Positions 28,290 to 37,046 of a DNA stretch of 64,000 bases are shown piece after piece. The first letter of the stretch is position 1. Each line of letters starts with the position of its first letter. This stretch comes from Prevotella sp. UBA2746. GTDB taxonomy: Bacteria > Bacteroidota > Bacteroidia > Bacteroidales > Bacteroidaceae. The notes under the pieces were generated by a model. That model had not been told where the DNA came from, made no database searches, and saw only the letters and a list, made by a program, of their open reading frames with translations. A program made the position numbers and the translations under genes. Location: the NCBI GenBank assembly GCA_002353555.1, contig DEJO01000018.1, positions 1,572 through 65,571 on the forward strand. Direction: 5' to 3'.

Positions 28290-28583
28290 ATTTCGACTGT
28301 TACTTATGATTTGGCTGCAAAATTACATGTTTTATTTGAAACTGCAAACTTTTCAGCCACTTTTTTAACACAAATCACATCATGCGACACGACAACAGCT
28401 AACGCACTGAAGGCTGTATATTTAAATAGGTGAGGTTTCCGGAATAGGTCTTCCGTGCCCTGCATCATCATGCAAAAGTGTGAGCCTTAAATTATTTTCA
28501 CCCCATATATAATAAACCATGTTACAACTACGTTACTTCAATAGACACTAAATAAAATAGTATCCACATAACAACATTCGCCT

Positions 28584-28709
28584 ATGCAGTATTTTACACA
28601 TGAAGATTTAAACCCATCTGAAAGGACACTGAACATCATCCGACAGGTAGCCTACTCCTACCGCGTACTGAAAATGAACGGCAGCATACAACAATACTGC
28701 CTCAACTAA
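28584..28709 (+). CDS. Small 41-aa protein upstream of rpe
   Basis: MQYFTHEDLNPSERTLNIIRQVAYSYRVLKMNGSIQQYCLN; host-like codons; below the ORF-track cutoff. Confidence 0.55.
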   Translation: MQYFTHEDLNPSERTLNIIRQVAYSYRVLKMNGSIQQYCLN

Positions 28710-28742
28710 CCGCAACGAGTAGCATCAACTGACAACCCTGAC

Positions 28743-29402
28743 ATGATGAAAGAAATTCTGGTCTCACCCTCATTGCTCGCCGCCGACTTCCTGAACATCG
28801 GGAAGGAGGTGGAGATGATTAACAACAGCCCGGCTGACTGGCTCCACCTGGATGTGATGGACGGTGTTTTCGTACCCAACATTTCATTCGGTTTCTCCGT
28901 GCTGAACGCTGTAGCAAAGGTCAGCAAGAAACCACTCGACGTGCATTTCATGATTCAATGCCCGGAGAAGTTCATACAAAGGACGGCTCAGCTGGGTGCC
29001 ATGATGATGAACATACACTACGAGGCATGTACACACCTGCACCGCACGGTCTACGACATCCATCAGGCAGGCATGAAAGCCGGCGTCACCCTGAACCCGA
29101 CGACACCTGTCTGTGCCTTGGAGGACATCATCAAAGATGTGGACATGGTGCTGCTTATGAGTGTCAACCCCGGGTTCGGAGGTCAACCTTTCATCGAGAA
29201 CACGATAGACAAGGTGAAACGGCTGCGCGAACTCATCGACACGAGCGGCAGCAAGGCACTGATTGAAGTAGATGGCGGCGTACAGGCAGAGACGGCTCCA
29301 CGGCTGGTGAAGGCTGGCGTTGACATATTGGTCAGCGGCAGCTATATCTTCAAGTCGCCGAACCCGGCAGACACCATCAGACAACTGAAAGAGTTAAGAT
29401 AG
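28743..29402 (+). CDS. rpe: Ribulose-phosphate 3-epimerase
   Basis: SPSLLAADF, HLDVMDGVFVPN, MSVNPGFGGQ, EVDGG. Confidence 0.97.
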   Translation: MMKEILVSPSLLAADFLNIGKEVEMINNSPADWLHLDVMDGVFVPNISFGFSVLNAVAKVSKKPLDVHFMIQCPEKFIQRTAQLGAMMMNIHYEACTHLHRTVYDIHQAGMKAGVTLNPTTPVCALEDIIKDVDMVLLMSVNPGFGGQPFIENTIDKVKRLRELIDTSGSKALIEVDGGVQAETAPRLVKAGVDILVSGSYIFKSPNPADTIRQLKELR

Positions 29403-29403
29403 T

Positions 29404-30003
29404 TTACGCCAACTGCAACTGTATCTGATTTTCCTTAGCCATGCGACGAAGGTTCAGGAGTGCATAGCGCATGCGCCCCAACGAGGTGTTGATGCTCACA
29501 CCCGTGGTTTCGGCTATCTCTTTGAAAGAAAGTTCCTGATAGAATCGCATGTAGACCACCTCACGCTGTGGTGCCGGCAGCTTGTTCATCATCTTCTTTA
29601 CGTCAGTAAGAACCTGGGCATTGACGTATTGTGCCTCTATACTGCCGTCCAAAAGGTCGTCCTTCTTTCCAAGATTAGAGAGGTCGTTATCTTTCGGCGC
29701 CTCAACCACCTTGTCTTGGCGTTGCTCACGATACCAGTCCATGATGACATTGTGGGCAATACGCATCACCCACGCACCGAACTTACCCGTTGGAGAGTAT
29801 TTTCCCTGTTGCAGACGCATCACCACCTTCACAAAGGTTTCTTGAAAAAGGTCGTCAGCAACGTCTCTGTCATGAACGACAAAGAGGATGTAAGCAAACA
29901 GTTTCGATTGATTGCGCGACAATAGAATGTCGAAAGCCCTGTTGTTTCCGTCTACATACGACATGGCCAACTGCTCGTCGGTCATCTCATTCAGATTCTT
30001 CAT
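29404..30003 (-). CDS. ECF-type RNA polymerase sigma-70 factor
   Basis: DDLFQETF, WVMRIAHN, LSFKEIAETTGVSINTSLGRMRYA. Confidence 0.93.
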   Translation of the reverse strand: MKNLNEMTDEQLAMSYVDGNNRAFDILLSRNQSKLFAYILFVVHDRDVADDLFQETFVKVVMRLQQGKYSPTGKFGAWVMRIAHNVIMDWYREQRQDKVVEAPKDNDLSNLGKKDDLLDGSIEAQYVNAQVLTDVKKMMNKLPAPQREVVYMRFYQELSFKEIAETTGVSINTSLGRMRYALLNLRRMAKENQIQLQLA

Positions 30004-30158
30004 TCCTTAAATTTTTATTGTTCTTTAAGTAATGTTGCTCCGATAGGCTTTCTGGTTTTAAGTTGTCGTAATTAGAGTTTTGTTTAAAAATCGGGTGCAA
30101 ATATAAAGACTTTTATACTTTTACGCAAATTTTAGGCACAAAATATCAATTTTCTCTT

Positions 30159-30920
30159 TCATTTTGCTACCAGACCACGACGTTTCAGGCGCTTAAACTC
30201 ACGTTTTGCCTTGCGCATCTCAGCATTGAAACGGTCGCTGGTGTGCAGATAGTCGTAGGCAACACTTGCGGCAACAAACGCAGCATCGACATCGCTTTGC
30301 CAGTGGGCACCGACAATGACGCGGCTCTCACCGTACATCATGCCACGAGCCAACAGTGTGTCGGCACGCTCAGGGTTGATTTCCGACAGCAACAGGGCTG
30401 CACTCCACCCCAAGATGGTGTGTCCGGAGGGATAGGAACCGTTCTTCCTGAGTGCCTCGTCATCCTTCGGATAGAACGTAGGCTCATTGAAAAACATGAA
30501 CGGACGCACACGCATATAGTGGTTCTTGGGTATCTTGCAAATCAAGTCGCACGTCTTTGCAGCGTTACGCAGGAGCCTGAAGATGGCTGGTGTGCCTTCG
30601 GGTGAAATCTGAATGCCGAAGGGAATGGAGAACTCCGACATGATGGTTTGTATGCCATAGACGGCATCGCGCAATGCGATGGCTGCACGTTCAGGGTTCT
30701 GCCGCTGCTGCTTGCCCCACTCATATTGTGCAATGTCGTACTTAAAGCGCATGCTGGCAGTATCGGGCGGTGCAGGATACCACTTCAGCATGTTGGGCAA
30801 CTCAGGTACCTTGAAGTAAGGTTTGGCACCTGGCAGTCCGGGAGTCTGCGCCCAACCACTTTGGGCGAAGCCACAGAGCATCACTACCGTCATCATCACA
30901 CACAACAAATTCTTTTTCAT
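30159..30920 (-). CDS. Class A non-specific acid phosphatase (PAP2)
   Basis: KNHYMRVRP, SYPSGH, SRVIVGAHWQSD; signal peptide. Confidence 0.92.
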   Translation of the reverse strand: MKKNLLCVMMTVVMLCGFAQSGWAQTPGLPGAKPYFKVPELPNMLKWYPAPPDTASMRFKYDIAQYEWGKQQRQNPERAAIALRDAVYGIQTIMSEFSIPFGIQISPEGTPAIFRLLRNAAKTCDLICKIPKNHYMRVRPFMFFNEPTFYPKDDEALRKNGSYPSGHTILGWSAALLLSEINPERADTLLARGMMYGESRVIVGAHWQSDVDAAFVAASVAYDYLHTSDRFNAEMRKAKREFKRLKRRGLVAK

Positions 30921-30961
30921 ATCGTATTCTTTTTTATTGTCAACATTCATGTTTACTATCA

Positions 30962-31672
30962 TCACCAATCATAAGCCCAAGAGCTTACCCCCTTCATACC
31001 ATACATTCCAAGGTAGACTTCTTTATAGCCGAAGACTTGCAGCTTGTGCCGGTACAGTTCAGGATGATCCACTAAGTTGAGGGCGGCGCGAATCTTTGAA
31101 CCACTCTTCAGCTCTAACGACATCATCTTGTTGATGTCCTTCTCGTCAGGACTGTCAGCCAGAAGCAAAGCCGTTGCATAAGTAAACGGCGGAGTCAGGT
31201 CTGCATAATCCTTATTCTTCGTACATGCACCGACAATATATCCATTCACAAAGACACCACCACCAAGTTTCTTCGTCAGGAAATCGTTGACGGTGATGTA
31301 TGACCCGGCAGTTACAACACCGTCATCACCTTGTTCAGAGCCTCCTTGCGATGAGCTACCTTCTTCTCCTCCTCCTTGATACGGCTCTTCGTAAGGCGTT
31401 TCCCTGTCATCGTCTATCTCCTCCCAATCGCCAGGTTCGTCACCTTCACTTCCTCCTCCGCTGTCTCCCGACTGTCCGTCATCGGTTCCCGACTGCCCGG
31501 TGTCTGAACTTTCACCCTCTTGGGAGTCGTCAGTAGCAGACTGTCCTGCGGATGAAGGGTCGGTTTTCTGCTCCGAGTCTTCCACCATTTCCACTACATC
31601 GTTGTAGGATTTACCGCAAGCCCAGCATAGACAGACGGCAAGAAGTAACACTATCAGATGTTGTCTCTTCAT
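30962..31672 (-). CDS. Lipoprotein with acidic linker and C-terminal DUF6359-like OB domain
   Basis: Lipobox-like CWAC; VFVNGYIVG...LLLADSPDE...ALNLVDHPE. Confidence 0.7.
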   Translation of the reverse strand: MKRQHLIVLLLAVCLCWACGKSYNDVVEMVEDSEQKTDPSSAGQSATDDSQEGESSDTGQSGTDDGQSGDSGGGSEGDEPGDWEEIDDDRETPYEEPYQGGGEEGSSSQGGSEQGDDGVVTAGSYITVNDFLTKKLGGGVFVNGYIVGACTKNKDYADLTPPFTYATALLLADSPDEKDINKMMSLELKSGSKIRAALNLVDHPELYRHKLQVFGYKEVYLGMYGMKGVSSWAYDW

Positions 31673-31845
31673 CTTTTCATGGTTATGCAGATTGACATAG
31701 AGTTGCATTGGTGCATGCCTCATGCTGAAGCAAACACCCTGCAAAAGTAATGATTATTTTAAAACAACACAATTTTCAGCTCACATTTTCGTTTGTTCAT
31801 AGGAAAAAACATAAAATTAGCATACACTTTCCACGATGGCGAGTG

Positions 31846-31920
31846 AAAAGAAAAGAGGTTGGCGCAGGAAGCTGCCAACCTCGAGGGAAGATTTCGAAAG
31901 CTCGAAATCGCTAAAAACAT
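31846..31920 (-). ncRNA. Candidate small RNA divergent from the pectin locus
   Basis: TTTG-N20-TACATTTG promoter (31956-31925), hairpin at 31890-31909, terminator stem at 31855-31882 followed by a U-rich tract. Confidence 0.5.
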
Positions 31921-32091
31921 GTGGCAAATGTAGACGTTTTAACTGAAAGTTCCAAATTTTTAGGAAAGAAAATGACTTTTTTAACATTATAATAGATGTC
32001 ACGTCTGGGTTTTTTCGTATCTTTGCCAACTGACAAGACTCGCCATTTTGCCTTGTCATCGGTTACGAACATAAACAATTCAACAACAATA

Positions 32092-34689
32092 ATGACAAAA
32101 AACATGAATCGAACCTTAAAACTGATCCTCTTGTGCGCACTGTTCGCCGTGACAGCCCATGCACAGAATTGGAACGATGCCTTGTACAAACAGATTGAGA
32201 CAAGCGTCCAGGAACCCACGTTCAAGAATGCCACCTACGACATTACCAAGTACGGTGCATCGGTAAAGGCCACGGCTGCCGCCAACCAGAAGGCCATCAA
32301 CAAGGCCATCGCCACCTGTTCAAAGAAAGGCGGCGGCAAGGTCGTCGTACCTGCCGGCACCTTCGAGACTGGTCCTATCACACTGAAGAGCAACGTAAAC
32401 CTTGAAGTTCAGAAGGATGCACGCCTGCTCTTCTCTACCGACAAGACCCTCTTCCCCATCGTCCTGACACGCTGGGAGGGTATGGACTGCATGAACTACC
32501 AGCCGTGTATCTACGCCTATGGCGAGAAGAACGTTGCCATTACGGGCGAAGGCACTATCGACGGCAACGGATCTAACGACACATGGTGGAAGATGTGCGG
32601 CAAGGACCGCTTCGGTTGGACTCCCGAACTGAAGGAGAGTCAGAAGATTGGACGTCCGCTGCTGTTCGAATACAGTGAGGCTGGCAAGCCCTTCGAGCAG
32701 CGCAACATGAAGGATACAGGTCTGCGTCCGCAGCTCATCAACCTGTACAAGTGCGACAACGTAGCCATCAAGAACGTCACGTTGCTGCGCTCACCGTTCT
32801 GGGTTATCCACCCGCTGATCTGCAAGAACGTGCTCGTCAAAGGCGTAAAAATATGGAACGAAGGTCCTAACGGAGACGGCTGCGACCCGGAGTCGTGCGA
32901 GAATGTCGTCATTGAAGACTGTATCTTCCACACCGGCGACGACTGTATCGCCATCAAGAGCGGACGCAATGCTGACGGACGCATCTGGAACCTGCCGTCG
33001 AAGAACATCATCGTGCGCAACTGTACGATGGAAGACGGACACGGAGGAGTGGTCGTCGGCTCGGAGATTACCGGCGGATGCCAGAACGTCTTCGTTGAGA
33101 ACTGCAAGATGGACTCCCCCAACCTCGACCGCGTGCTGCGCATCAAGACCAACACCTGCCGCGGTGGTATCATTGAGAACATCTACATGCGCAACGTCAC
33201 CGTTGGCCAGTGTAAGGAGAGCGTCATGCGCATCAACCTCGGCTACGAGCCCAACGAGCCTGCCAAGCGCGGATTCATCCCCACCGTTCGCAACGTCTAC
33301 ATGAGCAACGTCACCTGTCAGAAGAGTGAGTTCGGCGTGAAGCTGAACGGACTCGACGATGCCGACAACATCTACAACATCCATGTAGAGAACTGCCAGT
33401 TCAACGGTGTCACCAAGCAGGCGGTAGAGCGCACGGGCAAGAGCCACGACATCTACTTCAACAACCTCGTCGTCAACGGCAGCACGGTTCTGTTGAAGAA
33501 ACCGTACAAGCACTACAGCGAGTGGATGACTCACTCCGAGATGACACGTGTGCCCCATTCCTACCTGCTCGACTTCCCCAAGAACAACAACCCGCGGTGG
33601 AGCTACACCAGCGGTACGGAGATGGGTGCCATGTTCGACACCTACATGGCTTACAAGGACGAGAGCATCCTGAACTACCTGAAGGAGTATCCCGCATTCA
33701 TGATCGACGAGAAAGGCAACGCCAAAGGATATGACTACAACGAGTTCAACCTCGACAACGTACGACCGGGCAAGGTGCTCATGGACATCTACCAGCTCGA
33801 CCCGAAGGAGAAAGACCTGAAGCTGTTGAAGACCCTCTTCAAGCAGCTGGAGAAGCAGCCACGAACGAAGGAAGGCGTCTTCTGGCACAAAGCCATCTAT
33901 GCCTATCAGGTATGGCTCGACGGCATCTTCATGGGACTCCCCTACTACACCAAGGCTGCTCCTATATTAAAAGGTGAGAAAAAGGCAAAGAAATACTACG
34001 ATGATGCCGTAGACCAAATCATCAAGACCGACAAGCGCACCTACGATGCAGAGACAGGACTGTGGAAGCACGCATGGGACGAGACGCACGAGCAGTTCTG
34101 GGCAAACAAGCAGACAGGCCTTTCGCAGCACACATGGGCGCGTGCCATGGGTTGGTATACGATGGCTATGGTCGAAGTGCTCGACAACCTGCCAGCCAAC
34201 TACGGCCGCCGTCAGGAGGTCATCGATGTCTTCAAGAAGGCAATGACCGCACTGGTGAAGTGCCAGGATGCGGAGACGGGCGTATGGTATGACGTGCTCG
34301 ACGTGAAAGACCCGCGCAACTATCTGGAGGCTACCGCTTCTTCCATGTTTGCCTACTGCCTGCTGAAGGGCTACCGCAAGGGGTATCTCGATGCCAGCTT
34401 CCGCGATGCAGGCGTGAAAGCCTACAACGGCATCCTCAAGCAGTTCATCAAGGTGAACCCCGACAAGACCATCTCGCTGACCCGCTGCTGCGAGGTGAGC
34501 GGTCTCGGTCCGGGTGTCACTCCGGCTGTGTTGAAGGCTGCCCCGAAGGTAAAGGAGAACCTGCGCCGCGACGGTTCGTTTGAATACTACATCAGTGAGC
34601 CCATCCGCGACAACGACGGCAAGGGTGTCGGCCCGTTCATCTGGGCTTCGCTCGAAATGGAACAGCAGGGACTGCCCATTGCTGAATAA
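32092..34689 (+). CDS. GH28 polygalacturonase fused to GH105 unsaturated (rhamno)galacturonyl hydrolase
   Basis: N-half: NGDG, GDDCIAIKSG, GHGG, RIK; C-half: WLDGIFMG, HAWDE, WARAMGW, YLEATAS. Confidence 0.92.
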   Translation: MTKNMNRTLKLILLCALFAVTAHAQNWNDALYKQIETSVQEPTFKNATYDITKYGASVKATAAANQKAINKAIATCSKKGGGKVVVPAGTFETGPITLKSNVNLEVQKDARLLFSTDKTLFPIVLTRWEGMDCMNYQPCIYAYGEKNVAITGEGTIDGNGSNDTWWKMCGKDRFGWTPELKESQKIGRPLLFEYSEAGKPFEQRNMKDTGLRPQLINLYKCDNVAIKNVTLLRSPFWVIHPLICKNVLVKGVKIWNEGPNGDGCDPESCENVVIEDCIFHTGDDCIAIKSGRNADGRIWNLPSKNIIVRNCTMEDGHGGVVVGSEITGGCQNVFVENCKMDSPNLDRVLRIKTNTCRGGIIENIYMRNVTVGQCKESVMRINLGYEPNEPAKRGFIPTVRNVYMSNVTCQKSEFGVKLNGLDDADNIYNIHVENCQFNGVTKQAVERTGKSHDIYFNNLVVNGSTVLLKKPYKHYSEWMTHSEMTRVPHSYLLDFPKNNNPRWSYTSGTEMGAMFDTYMAYKDESILNYLKEYPAFMIDEKGNAKGYDYNEFNLDNVRPGKVLMDIYQLDPKEKDLKLLKTLFKQLEKQPRTKEGVFWHKAIYAYQVWLDGIFMGLPYYTKAAPILKGEKKAKKYYDDAVDQIIKTDKRTYDAETGLWKHAWDETHEQFWANKQTGLSQHTWARAMGWYTMAMVEVLDNLPANYGRRQEVIDVFKKAMTALVKCQDAETGVWYDVLDVKDPRNYLEATASSMFAYCLLKGYRKGYLDASFRDAGVKAYNGILKQFIKVNPDKTISLTRCCEVSGLGPGVTPAVLKAAPKVKENLRRDGSFEYYISEPIRDNDGKGVGPFIWASLEMEQQGLPIAE

Positions 34690-34828
34690 GTTGAAAGGGA
34701 GTTATAAAGGAGTTAAAGGGGAGTTATGTCCTCTAACTTCGCCGCGTAGCGGCAGATTCGAGCTTGCTCGCTTTGCTTGCAAAGAACTCCCTTTTAACTT
34801 CAGCCGCAAAGCGGCTAACTCCCTAAAC
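34690..34828. repeat. Intergenic element with ggagttaaa decamers and GC-rich mini-hairpins (relative of the 170-bp element)
   Basis: gggagttataaaggagttaaaggggagtta ... gccgcgtagcggc ... aactcccttttaac ... agccgcaaagcggct. Confidence 0.65.
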
Positions 34829-34864
34829 ATAAAATAAAATTTGAAACAACCAACATTACCCATA

Positions 34865-36847
34865 ATGAAAAAATTAGCATTCTTATTATCAACAATCCTG
34901 GCAGGAACGACGGCGTTTGCACAGTCGGAATACGACCTGAACGCACCGTTCGGCTTCTGTACCGTGGCGTCACGCACTGCCAACACCCCTTACAACATCA
35001 CGGGCGGAGGCTGCTACAGCTATCCCGTACCCGCAGAACTCGAAGCCAATACCGTGGTATTGACATCTACCGGTGTCGACATGAAAGGTACCATCCAGAA
35101 TGCCATCAAGAACGGCAACAACAAGGTCATCATCCTCGACGGCTCTAAGGGCGACTTCATCGTATCGAGCAACGTAGGCATTACCGCCAGCGGCAAGACC
35201 ATCCTCGGCATCAACAACGCACGCATCCGCACCAAGTGGGAGATGACTCAGGAGATCAAAAATGCATTGGATGCCGCCGGAGTACCCAACATGAGTACCA
35301 GCGGTAATGGCGGTACGCTGCCTAACGGTCAGTATGTCGAAGAACAGGCTGAGTACAACACTCGCAAGATCATCATAGAGAAGACCGGCGACAACAATGA
35401 GGGCTACCGCAACTCCGGAATCCTCTCCCTCTCCGGCTGCCAGAACATCATCATCCGCAACATCACGTTCATCGGCCCTGGTGCCGTTGACGTCGGTGGC
35501 AGCGACCTCATCTCGTCTTCCAACGGAGCCAAGAACATCTGGGTAGACCACTGTGCCTTCCAGGACGGCATGGACGGTAACTTCGACATCACGCAGAGAG
35601 CCGACTTCCACACCGTCAGCTGGTGTACCTTCAGCTACTCCAACCGCTCGTACATGCACCAGAACACCAACCTCATCGGCAGCAGCGACAGCGAGGCTAC
35701 AGGCTATCTGAACACCACCTTCGCCTTCAACTGGTGGGGAACGGGTTGCAAAGCACGTATGCCGATGGCTCGCGTGGGTAAGATTCACATGCTGAACAAC
35801 TATTACAGCACTACCACCGGCGGTAACTGTATCAACCCGCGCAAGAACTCGGAATTCCTTATCGAAGGCAACTACATCGACACGGGCGTGAAGAGTTTCT
35901 ATAGTCAGAGTGGTGCTAAAGCAGTGACATGGGTAAACAACAACTACATCGCATCGGGAAGCACGCCTGACTCCCAAGGTTCCACCGTTACGGTACCTTA
36001 TGCCTACACCGTTGTTGCGGCTGCCAATGTCAAGGATGCCGTAAAGACCTATGCCGGCGCCACTTTGAAGTTTGATGGCGGTGAAACACCAGTTGACCCA
36101 CCATCAGGAACAGCAGGCAGCATCGTATGGGCATTTGATTCAGGTGCTGACGGTCAGGCAGCCAATGTTCAGGCAAGTATCACCGAGGGTATTCAGGCAA
36201 CCAGCGTAACCTTAGGTTCCGACCTGGCGTACGACGGCAAGCAGACAGCTCTGGGAGAAACGAAGATTCAAGACCGTACGACCAACTTCCCGTCAACAGC
36301 AGCTTCAGATGCCAATGCCATCACCTTTAAGGTTGACATGGCTGACGGATATCAGTTCCTTGCCACCGATGTATCGGTGACAGCAACACGCTTAGGAACC
36401 GATGCCGGAAAGATTGATATCAGCTGGACGGATGCTGGCGGTACGACCGCACTCTGCCTTGAGGAGACACCGAGCAGAGACAACGGTTCACCCAATGTCA
36501 CCACTTATCCGTTTGACCTGCAAGGCAAAGCCGTAGCAACAGAAACCAGTTGCAGCCTCATCATCAACATGTACGGCGTTACTACAGGATACAAGAAAGA
36601 CTCAGGCGGCAATCCGACAACAGAAATCAACTACAAGGATTATGGTTTCAAGGATATCGTCATCAGTGGATATCTCATCAATACATCAACCGGCATTGCC
36701 ACACCTGTAACGCTTGCTCCTGTCACCAGCACTGAGTACTACAACCTCGCCGGACAGCGCATCGGAGCCGATGCCAAGGGCATCGTCATCGAGCGACAGC
36801 GCACTGCCGACGGCCGTGTAACGACCAGGAAGGTGATCAAGCGGTAA
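34865..36847 (+). CDS. Pectate lyase PL1 with C-terminal sorting tail
   Basis: NIIIRNI, NIWVDH, DGNFD, RMPMAR; tail YYNLAGQRI...KGIVI...RKVIK. Confidence 0.9.
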   Translation: MKKLAFLLSTILAGTTAFAQSEYDLNAPFGFCTVASRTANTPYNITGGGCYSYPVPAELEANTVVLTSTGVDMKGTIQNAIKNGNNKVIILDGSKGDFIVSSNVGITASGKTILGINNARIRTKWEMTQEIKNALDAAGVPNMSTSGNGGTLPNGQYVEEQAEYNTRKIIIEKTGDNNEGYRNSGILSLSGCQNIIIRNITFIGPGAVDVGGSDLISSSNGAKNIWVDHCAFQDGMDGNFDITQRADFHTVSWCTFSYSNRSYMHQNTNLIGSSDSEATGYLNTTFAFNWWGTGCKARMPMARVGKIHMLNNYYSTTTGGNCINPRKNSEFLIEGNYIDTGVKSFYSQSGAKAVTWVNNNYIASGSTPDSQGSTVTVPYAYTVVAAANVKDAVKTYAGATLKFDGGETPVDPPSGTAGSIVWAFDSGADGQAANVQASITEGIQATSVTLGSDLAYDGKQTALGETKIQDRTTNFPSTAASDANAITFKVDMADGYQFLATDVSVTATRLGTDAGKIDISWTDAGGTTALCLEETPSRDNGSPNVTTYPFDLQGKAVATETSCSLIINMYGVTTGYKKDSGGNPTTEINYKDYGFKDIVISGYLINTSTGIATPVTLAPVTSTEYYNLAGQRIGADAKGIVIERQRTADGRVTTRKVIKR

Positions 36848-36904
36848 AGAGATTCCCGTGAGGGAATATACACCTTATTTATATATAAGGGCTACAAAGC
36901 GTCA

Positions 36905-36940
36905 GGGTACGCACCTTTTCGTGCGTACCCGTTTTTTTAT
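36905..36940 (+). terminator. Rho-independent terminator
   Basis: gggtacgcac-ctttt-cgtgcgtaccc followed by a T-tract. Confidence 0.8.
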
Positions 36941-37046
36941 TCATCACAAAACAAGAAAAAAGTTTCTAAAAACAATTACTATTAGAAAAATAATACGTAA
37001 CTTTGCAACAAGAAATTATTAGTTAACATCAAAACCTTTTAAAACC

